Assembly: GCA_964491155.1 (NCBI GenBank)
Contig: CAZBFG010000002.1
Span: forward strand, 1-62,795
Reading direction: 5' to 3'
Origin: an uncultured Bdellovibrionales bacterium
GTDB taxonomy: Bacteria; Patescibacteriota; Minisyncoccia; Moranbacterales; UBA1568
Length of the DNA: 62,795 nt
Both the position numbers and the translations under genes were made by a program. How positions within the stretch are numbered: position 1 is the stretch's first letter; the number at the start of each line of letters is the position of its first letter. Under the pieces are notes generated by a model, which was not told the origin of the DNA, ran no database searches, and saw only the letters and a program-made list of their open reading frames with translations. Shown in pieces: positions 20,358-29,718 of the stretch.

Positions 20358-20960
20358 TTACTTTGGTTTTCGAATCACGAAAAAGAGTACCATCGCGCTG
20401 AGAGCCCCGAGGGTATCGGCGAGCATATCCTTCTGTGCGTCCCAGATATCGCCTTGGCTGCCGAGGTAGGCCATGGCATCGGCCGCATTCGACTGCGCCG
20501 CATAGTACCACTCGACGAGCTCGTAGCTCATGGCAATAGTGGCAATAACAAAGACCGGATAGGTAAAAAGGAGAAACTTGTTTGCTACCAACTTCTTATT
20601 CCACAACCATTCAGCAACAGCAAAGGCATAGAACCCGACCGAGAAATGCGCTATCCGATCATAGTGGTTGCGTTCAAATCCAAAAAGATCAGAAACCCAA
20701 TCAAACGGCACGAGTGCGAACGTATAGTGGCCGCCGATGGTGTGGAGATAAATAAGGACAAACATAAGTGCGTACGCCAGCTTTGAGAATCGCACTCCCC
20801 AAAAATACAAACCGACCAGGATTACCAAAATAATCCACACCGTCAGATTCTCCGCAAACCACGTGGTCCGATCAATCGGATTGATGGCACACACCGTAAA
20901 CAACACCGCATATACTGCAAGCAACCCTGAAAGAAATTTGTTCTGTAAAAGATCCATCAT
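20358..20960 (-). CDS. DUF2238 (YjdF-like) membrane protein
   Basis: HTIGGHYTFALVPF..FGFERNHYDRIAHFSVGF. Confidence 0.75.
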   Translation of the reverse strand: MMDLLQNKFLSGLLAVYAVLFTVCAINPIDRTTWFAENLTVWIILVILVGLYFWGVRFSKLAYALMFVLIYLHTIGGHYTFALVPFDWVSDLFGFERNHYDRIAHFSVGFYAFAVAEWLWNKKLVANKFLLFTYPVFVIATIAMSYELVEWYYAAQSNAADAMAYLGSQGDIWDAQKDMLADTLGALSAMVLFFVIRKPK

Positions 20961-20968
20961 TTGTGTTA

Positions 20969-21358
20969 CTACTTTTTTGTCTTAAGCTTTTTGACCTTGG
21001 CATAGTCAAACCACACCGCCTCGATATTGTTGCCATCGCTATCGAGAATAAAGGCGGCATAGTACCCAGGCCAATAATCAGGGCGATACCCAGGCTTACC
21101 ATTGTCTTTGGCGCCGTTTTTCATGGCCACTCGGTAAAAACTATCTACTTCTTTTTTGTTCTTGGCTTCAAAAGCAATATGACCGGGTGCCATCTTCTTC
21201 TGAGCTACCATCCAAAAACTCGTATTCCCACCTTCTGCAAATCCCGCTGCCTCACCAAACTCCATAGCGAGTTTGTACCCAACGCTCTTCAGTACTTTGG
21301 TATAGAACACTTTGGCCGACTGATACTTTTTTACATACACCCCTGCATGAGCAATCAT
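20969..21358 (-). CDS. VOC/glyoxalase-family protein
   Basis: HIAFEA..FYRVAMKNGAKDNG.PG.R..YYAAFILDSDGNNIEAV. Confidence 0.8.
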   Translation of the reverse strand: MIAHAGVYVKKYQSAKVFYTKVLKSVGYKLAMEFGEAAGFAEGGNTSFWMVAQKKMAPGHIAFEAKNKKEVDSFYRVAMKNGAKDNGKPGYRPDYWPGYYAAFILDSDGNNIEAVWFDYAKVKKLKTKK

Positions 21359-21398
21359 ACGAAAAAGTTACTGTTTACAATTCTATTATAACACCAAA

Positions 21399-21430
21399 GA
21401 AAAAAGCCGCATGGGTGATTACCCCGCGGC
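21399..21430 (-). terminator. intrinsic terminator (minus strand)
   Basis: A-run then GCCGC..GGGT/ACCC..GCGGC stem. Confidence 0.55.
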
Positions 21431-21463
21431 GTCAGCTACCATACCACAAGCGAAAACCATGGG

Positions 21464-22117
21464 TCACACGACGTCTTGCCCCGCCACGCAATTCTTGTGA
21501 TCATCGTAAGCACGGAAAACGTCTTCCGTACTCAGTGCTCGCTCCGCATTGCGCTGATTGACTGTTGCAATCACCTGCTCACGGTTATCCGAGTCTTCCT
21601 CCAGAAAGTACAGGCCAAAGATCTGGTTTACCCGGAGCACCCTGGTCATTCCTTCTGGAGCCTTGAATATTCTTGAATTGACAGGGTTGTGCCGGTGCCT
21701 CTCCTGGTAGGCAGACACGCAATTTGCACACAGTTGCCGGAGGCGAGGGGGCCGCTGACCGAAAAAAAATCCAGCGGAATCATCACCGCGGCAATACACG
21801 CGATAGCCCCAGTCTGCCGCTCCCGACGCCCGCTCCTCGCCCCACGCGATCCCTGAAATGATGTGGGCCCGATCCTCACTTGTTGGATCTACCCCTTTCG
21901 GCGTATCACGCCAGAGGTACAGGTCTGTCGTTTCCCACTCGACTCGACTTGTGCTGGCTGTCTGTGGACACGAATCAGACCATTGTGTTCCTGGTGGTTG
22001 GCCCCCTTGGCCACAGATGCAGAGAGGAAAGATGCCATCTCGGCCATCTCGTTCAGCTCCGCACCAACCACACTGCATAACTGATTTGCATACGTACATC
22101 TCATCTCTCCAATTCAA
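21464..22117 (-). CDS. hypothetical Cys-rich protein (217 aa), GC-rich cassette
   Basis: CGWCG..CICG..C cluster at the N-terminus; no family recognised. Confidence 0.5.
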   Translation of the reverse strand: MNWRDEMYVCKSVMQCGWCGAERDGRDGIFPLCICGQGGQPPGTQWSDSCPQTASTSRVEWETTDLYLWRDTPKGVDPTSEDRAHIISGIAWGEERASGAADWGYRVYCRGDDSAGFFFGQRPPRLRQLCANCVSAYQERHRHNPVNSRIFKAPEGMTRVLRVNQIFGLYFLEEDSDNREQVIATVNQRNAERALSTEDVFRAYDDHKNCVAGQDVV

Positions 22118-22236
22118 GCTCCTGGTTCTGCCAGGCCAGGTAAAGACCGAGAAATTCTTGTTATCTCAAAGAACACTCCATTATCCTCTTTTGATTATTT
22201 TTGTAAAGACGGCACAAAAAAACCAATCTTTCAGGG

Positions 22237-22560
22237 TCATTTTTTCTTTTTCAATTTTGGAAGCACCTCTATATCAAAAGTAATTTTGTCGCCCTGACGG
22301 ATACGCTCTTTTTCCCGGACAGTGGCTTTGAGTGGCAACAAGTAACCACCGGAATGTTTATCCGGAAAAATTGAAGTCTTCCACGTCGTGGTCCCGAGAG
22401 TCACCCGTACTGGCAAGGACCCCCAACCCGGAGACTGACCGCTGTACGTCGCTTTGATACTTTCCGATTCTTTCTTCGGAAGCGTGACAAAGTGCCAGCT
22501 GGCCACATCACTCGGATACACCCACACTTCACCTTGAAGCGTAAAAATATTTTTCGACAT
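22237..22560 (-). CDS. DUF1905 protein
   Basis: WHFVTLPK..GWGSLPVRVTLG.TTWKTSIFP. Confidence 0.75.
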   Translation of the reverse strand: MSKNIFTLQGEVWVYPSDVASWHFVTLPKKESESIKATYSGQSPGWGSLPVRVTLGTTTWKTSIFPDKHSGGYLLPLKATVREKERIRQGDKITFDIEVLPKLKKKK

Positions 22561-22698
22561 ATACGTAATGAATTACGTAATTTTATTATGCTCACCCCGG
22601 CTAAAAATACAACCTAACAACATAGGCCTCCCTAAAACACATAAAAAACTACACGTTCTTCTCCGGGTAGATATCCGACTGTGTCGGTACTTTGTAAT

Positions 22699-23049
22699 CT
22701 ACATGGATAAACCATCGAACCTGCCGGATTGGAGAGTTGTGAGGTCGACGTCCTTGAGGCAACGGGCATTGATCATGACAGTAGGATTGCCGGCTTGATC
22801 GGCGCCGCGGCCAAAAGACTGGACCCCACAGACTTTGCAAAAAAGATGGGTGATTTTCTTTTTGTTGAAACGATACTCGGTGAGCGCGTCCTCGCCCGAA
22901 AGAAGTGTAAAGCTCGCACCCGGGACAAAGGCCATGATGAACCCCTTGGCTTCACAAAACGAACAATTGCAGGTAAACGTTTTGGCGAGATCTACCTCGA
23001 CCTCGTACTGCACTGCCTTGCAATGACATCCACCAGTATACTTTTGCAT
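22699..23049 (-). CDS. GFA (glutathione-dependent formaldehyde-activating / CENP-V) family protein
   Basis: GGCHCKAV..CNCSFC..CKVCG cysteine pattern. Confidence 0.8.
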   Translation of the reverse strand: MQKYTGGCHCKAVQYEVEVDLAKTFTCNCSFCEAKGFIMAFVPGASFTLLSGEDALTEYRFNKKKITHLFCKVCGVQSFGRGADQAGNPTVMINARCLKDVDLTTLQSGRFDGLSM

Positions 23050-23094
23050 AGTTATTTCCTAGATTATTAGTTCCTCTATTCTACACCGCTTAGC

Positions 23095-23273
23095 ATCTAT
23101 CTCAAATCTCACCGCTAAAATATGGCAGAAACAGGCGCTTGTCTCATAAAATGTCCAGATTTCGGCTGCAAACTTCTCAAAACTCGTCGGGTTATCTCGA
23201 TAGCCCTTCTCCTTTTTCAAAGTTTTCGCTCGAAATCTAAACATTTTCTAAAGACATGAGATTTGAGATAGAT
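23095..23273. repeat. 17-bp perfect inverted repeat pair bracketing 145 nt
   Basis: ATCTATCTCAAATCTCA at 23095-23111 and its exact reverse complement at 23257-23273. Confidence 0.6.
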
Positions 23274-23313
23274 ACTTCATCTTTAAACCAAAAATCAGCC
23301 CATGCGCTACGAA

Positions 23314-23349
23314 TAAAAAAAGCCGAGCTGGAGAACTCTCCAATCGGCT
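23314..23349 (-). terminator. intrinsic terminator (minus strand)
   Basis: A7 then AGCCGA..TCGGCT stem. Confidence 0.55.
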
Positions 23350-23384
23350 ACTACAGGCGCAGGGCCAAGAACGCACAGGCTCAT

Positions 23385-23801
23385 TCAATGAAGGTGTTGC
23401 CCCCGTGAAGTGAGAAGGAACTCGTGCACCGCAGCCGCGATATCGGAAGTACTGACAAAGATGCGTCGTGGGCCGCCGTCCTCGCTCTTTGAAAAGCGAG
23501 CAGTCCAGGATTCGGTCTCAAAAAACTGACGGATCCGTTCCACTACATCTGGCGGGCGATACTTGGGCAACCCGGAGTTCACAACCTGCTTGGCAAGTGC
23601 ATCGACATGATCCATCGACACACGGTCCGACATCACGAGCAAACACAACTCCTGCTGTGCCTCCATTTGGGAAAAGACTTCGGGTTGCGCTCCAAATGAT
23701 GAAACAACGAAATGACCATGGCCCATGCAACGAGCACACCCAGAGAAGTACGTCCCCGCATTTTGAGCCTGCATCATCCTCAAGACTTTCCTTGTTCTCA
23801 T
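23385..23801 (-). CDS. hypothetical protein (138 aa), GC-rich cassette
   Basis: GGAGG 4-5 nt upstream of ATG 23801; own terminator. Confidence 0.5.
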   Translation of the reverse strand: MRTRKVLRMMQAQNAGTYFSGCARCMGHGHFVVSSFGAQPEVFSQMEAQQELCLLVMSDRVSMDHVDALAKQVVNSGLPKYRPPDVVERIRQFFETESWTARFSKSEDGGPRRIFVSTSDIAAAVHEFLLTSRGQHLH

Positions 23802-23925
23802 GCTGCCTCCATTGTAAACGACATGACCGTGTTACCCCCTAGCTTACTCCCTTTTCTCTTTTTTTCAAGTAAAACCAGAAATCTGCATTAGAGCAGATTC
23901 AAGTATACTTCAAAACAAGGAGTGT

Positions 23926-24987
23926 CTAATACCTACTCCACAGGCGAGTGAAGAACCAACAGTGAAAAGAAGATACCTCTGTAAGAGGCTCTGCGTGTTT
24001 GAGATCCTGTTCAAACACGGCTTCGAGTTCCGCGACAAAGTCAGGCTGGCTGCTCAAAACATTGAGCTCATAATTCAGACGAAAACTGAGCCAGTCAAAA
24101 TTGCAGCTCCCTACCGAGGCCCAGTTCGTATCGATGGTAATACTCTTGGCATGGAGAAAGCGACCCGAATACTGAAAAATCTGAATCCCCCGGCGCAACA
24201 AACGTCGATGGTACCATCGCGAAAGAACGTCAGCCAAAAAATTATCCGAACATCTGGGCAAAAGAATCCGTACATGCACCCCTCGTTTGACCGCATAGTA
24301 GAGCGCGCGCTTGATGTCTCTGGTGAGAGAAAAGTATGGCGTCGTGATCATGATGGATTTCTTTGCCGACACAATGTGGTGAATGATAGTGCGATACAGA
24401 TCCTTATCTCGCAGATGAAAGGAATTGCCAGCCAGAGAAAAACGATCCCTTCCTTCTTTGGAAAGCACCCGGCCTATCGGCTGCATACTCCGGGTATGTT
24501 CCCAGGCAATAGTAAACGCCTGCTCCGCGTCCGTCACCACTGCCCCGACCAAACGCACGCTCGTGTCACGCCAGTGCCTGGCCATCTCGTCGAGGATTAC
24601 CCCACCGATATACATCTCACGACTATCGACGATGAGCAGCTTGCGATGATCACGCAGGATAAGAGGCAAAAATCGTTTGAAATTGGGAGGAATGATGGCG
24701 CGATGAAATCGCATCTCTACTCCGGCCATCAGAAAATCCCTCCAACGCTGGGATTCATAAAAAGAGAAACTGCCAACTGCATCGAGAAGTAGACGCACTC
24801 GTACTCCCGCGCGCGCCCGGGCGATGAGCAGCTCGCGAAAGTCGTCAGCGATCTTTCCGGTTGCCCCAAAAATATACTGTTCAAGATCGATACTGTGCCG
24901 TGCTTCCCGACATGACTGCAACATATCCTGCCAGGCCTCGGCCGAAGTCGTTGAAATCTTCCACTTCGTAGCATCTGTTTCTTGCAT
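23926..24987 (-). CDS. cls: phospholipase-D-type cardiolipin synthase (soluble, ClsB-like)
   Basis: two HKD motifs (HRKLLIVD.., LHAKSITID..); start at MQETD (ATG 24987) or MSCTNM (25002); the longer track ORF would overlap the next gene. Confidence 0.85.
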   Translation of the reverse strand: MQETDATKWKISTTSAEAWQDMLQSCREARHSIDLEQYIFGATGKIADDFRELLIARARAGVRVRLLLDAVGSFSFYESQRWRDFLMAGVEMRFHRAIIPPNFKRFLPLILRDHRKLLIVDSREMYIGGVILDEMARHWRDTSVRLVGAVVTDAEQAFTIAWEHTRSMQPIGRVLSKEGRDRFSLAGNSFHLRDKDLYRTIIHHIVSAKKSIMITTPYFSLTRDIKRALYYAVKRGVHVRILLPRCSDNFLADVLSRWYHRRLLRRGIQIFQYSGRFLHAKSITIDTNWASVGSCNFDWLSFRLNYELNVLSSQPDFVAELEAVFEQDLKHAEPLTEVSSFHCWFFTRLWSRY

Positions 24988-25130
24988 ATTTGTACATGAC
25001 ATTGGCGACCTCAGTGTATCACCTCCCCTCCACGAAAGCCAAAGCCCTGTTTTGTTGGTAAAAAAAATGGGCAGCGACCATTGGTCACCACCCTGCTCGT
25101 TACTATCCTGTGTTCCGCGCTTAGCCCGAA

Positions 25131-26309
25131 TCAGTAGCTGAACGATCCGTATTCCGTCGTCAACCGGACTGCGTTCTTGTCCGGGTTCGCGTACGCCTCG
25201 CAATGCCCGAGGTCGAGAAGCGCCACGTTGGTTTCCGCTTCGACTGCCGCCAAGTACGGAGCCAGCGCCTGATCTCCGACGACGTCAAGTCCGACGCCAC
25301 AGTTGAAGTTCCTGAACATGCGCTCCGGGGATTCTCCAGACTCCTCCTGAATCAACTGGAAGATGGGGTCCATCGGAGGCATGTCCTTGCAAAAGACGAT
25401 GCCGCCCGTACCGAGGTTGCGCACCTTGGTGGCACCCCCGCCGGTGTTCATGCTGATGCCATGAAGCAAGTCGAGCTCGCGTTCATCCTTGAGCTTCTCG
25501 ACCAGTGCCCTGATGAGTATAGCCCAATGCCGGGTCGGCGAAGTGAGCGCGGTCCCAACGTCCATCTCACCAAGCACTTTGGGCTTGTCCTCGATGCAGT
25601 ATCGCCCGGTGTACTCGACACCAGGCAAGAGAAGTTGCGGAAACATGGGGCCATAGATGCGATGCAGGAGACATACCCGCGCCAGCGTCAGACCGTTCGA
25701 CATAATGCCGGAATTCGGCTCCGTCTCCCACGCCGCCTGACCACCACTCCGAAAGCCCCAGATCCGGTCGCCCGGCTGAACGTTCCCCCGAATGATGTTG
25801 TGTTCGTACGCTTGTGCAAAGACCGAGACATCAAAGGTCTGCGTCTGCACCTGATGTGGCAAGTCAGCTGTCTCGCCGCCGAGGAAATAGACCGGGATAC
25901 CGTAGCGCTGGTACAGAGCACGCAGTTCGCAGAAGCGCTGCCCGATGCGCTCGAGAACCTGCGCCTTGTACGGGATTTTGAGCCCGTTGATGTTGAGGAC
26001 ATCCGCCCACATCTGCATGTCGGTAAATCCAGCAGCAGCGATGTCCCCCGTGTTCATGGAGATCCCGTCATCGACCGCGCCATCGAGGATGGCGATATTT
26101 CCAGTCAACAGGTAAATGAGAAGACGGGTGAGCCCCTTGCTCCCGTCGCCATCTACGTGCATGGTCAGCACCTCGCCCGGGTGCCAAGGGTCACGAATGA
26201 TGTTGACCCAGGCCCCCGGAAAATCGTTGTCAATAGCACGGGAAAACGCCGCGCGGACGCCTTGCTTGCCAGCGTCCACACCCAGCTTCTCATACAGATC
26301 ATCGCTCAT
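25131..26309 (-). CDS. PurM-like (AIR synthase-related) protein, divergent
   Basis: HVDGDGSKG (cf. DGVGTK), LGGETADLP (cf. GGETAEMP), overall PurM N/C domain length; GAGGTG upstream of the ATG. Confidence 0.65.
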   Translation of the reverse strand: MSDDLYEKLGVDAGKQGVRAAFSRAIDNDFPGAWVNIIRDPWHPGEVLTMHVDGDGSKGLTRLLIYLLTGNIAILDGAVDDGISMNTGDIAAAGFTDMQMWADVLNINGLKIPYKAQVLERIGQRFCELRALYQRYGIPVYFLGGETADLPHQVQTQTFDVSVFAQAYEHNIIRGNVQPGDRIWGFRSGGQAAWETEPNSGIMSNGLTLARVCLLHRIYGPMFPQLLLPGVEYTGRYCIEDKPKVLGEMDVGTALTSPTRHWAILIRALVEKLKDERELDLLHGISMNTGGGATKVRNLGTGGIVFCKDMPPMDPIFQLIQEESGESPERMFRNFNCGVGLDVVGDQALAPYLAAVEAETNVALLDLGHCEAYANPDKNAVRLTTEYGSFSY

Positions 26310-26561
26310 TTCATCACCTCATTGGTAAGAGTACTCAAAAAGGCTGGGCGTTTGCCCAACCACCTGCCCGGTTAAACTACCCGATAACACTGATTCTGGC
26401 AAGCACTTTGATTTCTATAACAAAAAAAATGCGTTTCAAACACAAAGAGACCGAAAGCGTCCTTTTCGATATATCATTGCCTCTTTCGTAAAGAAGCGTA
26501 TACTAGAGGCGAGCAAAAATTTGCCCACAGTTCTTCATTCCCGTGTCAGAAAGGACACATC

Positions 26562-27377
26562 ATGTATGCAATCGCACTGCCTTTCCCGTCTCCGATGGCA
26601 GATTTCTTTGCCACTATCACCCAGATTTTTCCACGCCCCATTGAGTACCGGCGCGAACAGTCCGAGATCGAATTCACTGACGAGCAACGAGGACTTCTCG
26701 CAGAGCTGGTCAGGCCGGTTCAGCCGGATGGGCGCTCTGGAATTTTCCGTGGTGCCTGCATGACCCTCCAGCACACAAAGTTGGCGATGTGCATGTCGGG
26801 CGACTGGAATCCCGTGCACTGCGATCCGAATCGGCCACATCCCATGTTTGGCAAGCTCGTGGCGCACGGAGTAGATGGCGTCTCTCAGGGCTTGGTGGCC
26901 GCACATCAAGTCATCGGCCGCCTGGAATTGGTACCGTACCAAGTAGAGATCATGTTTCAAAAACCGGTCTTTCTCGGTGAGGACCGCCTCTTGATTCATG
27001 TCCTCGAGAAGACGATGACAGAGTACGAGGTCACTATCCGCGCCATCACCGATGATCCTGACGTCCCCGAACGGGACGTGACCAAGATGCGCTTAATCTG
27101 CCGGCAAGGATCTTGGTCGGGAGAAGAGTGGTTCCGGGCGCTCATGTCGCTCTGGAGGATCTCGGCACTCCTGGCCGAAACCTGGGATGGCTGTTTGTAC
27201 GCCAAGCAGACCATCCAATTCCAGCGACCAATCCATGGCGATGTTTTAGCGGCGCTGGTGCGCGGCACAGGACGGAACAGTCGAGGTCACTGCACGGTGC
27301 ACACACAAGTGCACGACCCCAGGTACCCCCTGCTCCCAGCCGTCACAGGGACAGCCACTATCGTGCTCCCCAGCTAG
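26562..27377 (+). CDS. MaoC-like (hotdog fold) dehydratase-family protein
   Basis: SGDWNPVHCDP..FGKLVAHG motif; AAGGA upstream of the ATG; competing antisense ORF is shorter. Confidence 0.55.
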   Translation: MYAIALPFPSPMADFFATITQIFPRPIEYRREQSEIEFTDEQRGLLAELVRPVQPDGRSGIFRGACMTLQHTKLAMCMSGDWNPVHCDPNRPHPMFGKLVAHGVDGVSQGLVAAHQVIGRLELVPYQVEIMFQKPVFLGEDRLLIHVLEKTMTEYEVTIRAITDDPDVPERDVTKMRLICRQGSWSGEEWFRALMSLWRISALLAETWDGCLYAKQTIQFQRPIHGDVLAALVRGTGRNSRGHCTVHTQVHDPRYPLLPAVTGTATIVLPS

Positions 27378-27539
27378 CATTGACTGCCTGGAGCACGCAC
27401 CACCACCGGACGACGCGTCACACGCGTTGCCCGGTTTTTTCTTTCTCGCCTTATACCATCAAAGCCTCCGGCGATATCACGATTGAAAAGTCCACGCCTA
27501 TCACATCCACCAAAGAATACACCACGATATTTCGCATCA

Positions 27540-28880
27540 TTATTCTCGTACCGATTTTTCTGGTTCAAAAAGCATAACAGTCGCAAGTATCTGATCGACG
27601 ATATTCTGAAAGCCGACGCCCGTAGGATCTGCGGCCATAGTAGAAATTTCGAGTATGCTGTTGTCTGACAGCGGGACAAAGATCAGGGTGAAGTCGCCGA
27701 GTGCCGAAACACTGAGCGTCTTGGCTGCGCGACCATTCAAATCATAGTCCGAGAGAGGTCGTGTGATCGTACCAACTTCTTGAAACTCTTTCGTTCTTCG
27801 ATCCAAGTATTCTTCGAACGTTTTCTCGAGTATCACTCGCCGAAAATCAACCAGCACTCCATCGTACATTTCCGTTTGTCCTCTTTGTGTCGGTCCCCAC
27901 TTGTAGAAACGCACCTGTTCCGGAGTATCCTCACTTATGGTAAATGTCGGATCATACCGAAGACTCATACCGAGTGTTTCGTTTGCATACGCTTTCCAAT
28001 CCACGGAAGTAACCGGCAGAGGAGAAGTGGGTGGCACGGCCACATCTCGAGGAGGAACGGCGCCGCGCAGTTCTTGGCTGAAACGACCACCACGCGGATC
28101 GACAGTCGCATTGTCAATGAGGCGAGCAACCTTGGTATCAGTAAAACTGCCTGCTTTTTGAATCAAACCCATTTCATAGAGCACTTCATCAAAGTATCCC
28201 GGGAGGAGCGTTTTCCACGTAAATGGAAAATTAAGGCTCGACATGTCTTCCACGCGACGCGTCAACTCGTTGGTACAGTTGTGCGCCAGAGTATTGTAAA
28301 ACTTGGGTTCGGCCGCCACCGAGTTGATATCCTCACCCAGGAAAAGGAGTAGACGTCGGACTTGTTCGGGCGTGGCCACGGTCGGATAGCGATACACGCG
28401 CTCACCACGATAGGCCGTGCGGGCGCCGACGATATCTTCTTCCGAACCAACGACATAGATGATTTCATACTGACGGAGTATACCGAGAAACGGTGAAAAA
28501 TCTTCCCCTACTTCACGCCGTGATTCGAGCGACACCACCAGCCTCTCACCGCCGGAAAATCCAAAAGAAAGAAAGATATGGGCTAGTCCTTCAAAGTCAT
28601 CAAAGTGTGAAATGAAGACGTCGAGGTCGGTCACCTTGGCCAGATTGAACTGACGTGATTCATAGACAGGTTCGGCTGTCAATTCGCCGGTCCAGATAAA
28701 GTTGCGATAGTTCTCGACTTTCAGTACATCGCCATAAATCTGAAACGTCGGCAGTTGTTCCTGACCCAGTTCCCACATTCGATCATGCGAAGGCTGTATC
28801 ATCAATACAAACACTGCTCCAGCCAAAGCGAGAACCACAAAAACAACAGCGATTTTTTTCCACGTCAAAAAGCGAGACAT
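27540..28880 (-). CDS. DUF4105 (Lnb N-terminal-like) domain protein with extra C-terminal domain
   Basis: N-terminal anchor; GLAHIFLSFGF..YIVGSEEDI..YNTLAHNCTN pattern. Confidence 0.7.
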   Translation of the reverse strand: MSRFLTWKKIAVVFVVLALAGAVFVLMIQPSHDRMWELGQEQLPTFQIYGDVLKVENYRNFIWTGELTAEPVYESRQFNLAKVTDLDVFISHFDDFEGLAHIFLSFGFSGGERLVVSLESRREVGEDFSPFLGILRQYEIIYVVGSEEDIVGARTAYRGERVYRYPTVATPEQVRRLLLFLGEDINSVAAEPKFYNTLAHNCTNELTRRVEDMSSLNFPFTWKTLLPGYFDEVLYEMGLIQKAGSFTDTKVARLIDNATVDPRGGRFSQELRGAVPPRDVAVPPTSPLPVTSVDWKAYANETLGMSLRYDPTFTISEDTPEQVRFYKWGPTQRGQTEMYDGVLVDFRRVILEKTFEEYLDRRTKEFQEVGTITRPLSDYDLNGRAAKTLSVSALGDFTLIFVPLSDNSILEISTMAADPTGVGFQNIVDQILATVMLFEPEKSVRE

Positions 28881-28898
28881 GAGATAGTGAACAGTGAT

Positions 28899-29117
28899 TT
28901 AGAGTTTTTCCAGTTCCTTGAGGTCTTTGTCAGGGAAGTAGAGAATAGCCAGACCAATGAAGATCCCAGCAATCGCCGTATAGAACGGGTTACCTTCAAA
29001 AAAGAAATAGTCCACAGCATCCAACAACTGCCAGATACCGCGCCAGACCAGCACAATACCGAGCACGATGGCGATGTTCTTGGCAAAATACGCAGCGATG
29101 TTTCTTTTTCCAAACAT
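28899..29117 (-). CDS. small two-TM membrane protein
   Basis: 72-aa ORF with two hydrophobic helices. Confidence 0.45.
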   Translation of the reverse strand: MFGKRNIAAYFAKNIAIVLGIVLVWRGIWQLLDAVDYFFFEGNPFYTAIAGIFIGLAILYFPDKDLKELEKL

Positions 29118-29159
29118 AGGATAATGACTTAGGAATAACGTTTCTAGTATATCACGCCT

Positions 29160-29708
29160 CTACCGGGTGAAAAGCCAGTAGCAAAATGCGATGACTACTG
29201 ATACCAAAACACCTACAGACACTGAAAATCGAAAGATATTCCTCGGGGTACCCTCTTTCCAATCAGTCCAGTGCGCAGTCCCGTGGGTGATGGCCAGTTC
29301 ACGTTGCTCCGCTCGATCACGGATATACCATTTGGGACTATACGGTACCAACGTGAAATATCCGAGATACAGAGGATACAACCACTGGATGCCCCACCCG
29401 CCTGCCAATGTATCGTGAACGAAATGAGTTGTTGTCCCGAGAAACCAGACAAGTCCATAGAGCGGATCGATGAGCGCTATCAAACACGCGCCTCCGATAC
29501 TGATAGGCAGCGGCAAATGGAAAATGTCACGATGCTCATGCGCAAACTGATTAATCTGCCATTTGTTGCGAGCGAGCCAGATGATAAAGTCGAGATCCGG
29601 AGCCAGTGTCGCAAAAATTCCAAAGAATATGAGGGGCACTTGTGGTTCGCCGGAAAGAACAGAAACGAGCCAACCGATAAGGAGTCCGGCTGCGATATCG
29701 ATATACAT
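29160..29708 (-). CDS. membrane-bound metal-dependent hydrolase (YdjM/DUF457-like)
   Basis: LAPDLDF..HRDIFH..HFVHD histidine motifs in a TM scaffold. Confidence 0.7.
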   Translation of the reverse strand: MYIDIAAGLLIGWLVSVLSGEPQVPLIFFGIFATLAPDLDFIIWLARNKWQINQFAHEHRDIFHLPLPISIGGACLIALIDPLYGLVWFLGTTTHFVHDTLAGGWGIQWLYPLYLGYFTLVPYSPKWYIRDRAEQRELAITHGTAHWTDWKEGTPRNIFRFSVSVGVLVSVVIAFCYWLFTR

Positions 29709-29718
29709 ACTCTTTTAT

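Noticed and set aside
23962-24792. 276-aa plus-strand ORF
   Set aside because: It is antisense to the cardiolipin synthase gene, which has two clear HKD motifs.
24988-25203. N-terminal 72-residue extension of the cardiolipin synthase ORF
   Set aside because: It would overlap the 3' end of the PurM-like gene by 73 nt and adds no PLD sequence, so internal ATGs at 24987 or 25002 are preferred. Similar over-long track ORFs were trimmed at 3054, 5960, 6797, 7509, 9738, 10345, 10443, 15129, 18497 and 34263.
25203-26375. 390-aa plus-strand ORF
   Set aside because: It lies entirely antisense to the PurM-like gene in GC-rich DNA. Its Arg/Pro/Leu-rich composition is typical of shadow frames. The minus-strand product has recognisable motifs and an SD.
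26535-26999. 154-aa minus-strand ORF overlapping the MaoC-like gene
   Set aside because: It is shorter, has no SD and no motif. The plus-strand frame carries the MaoC signature. The strand call remains only moderately confident.
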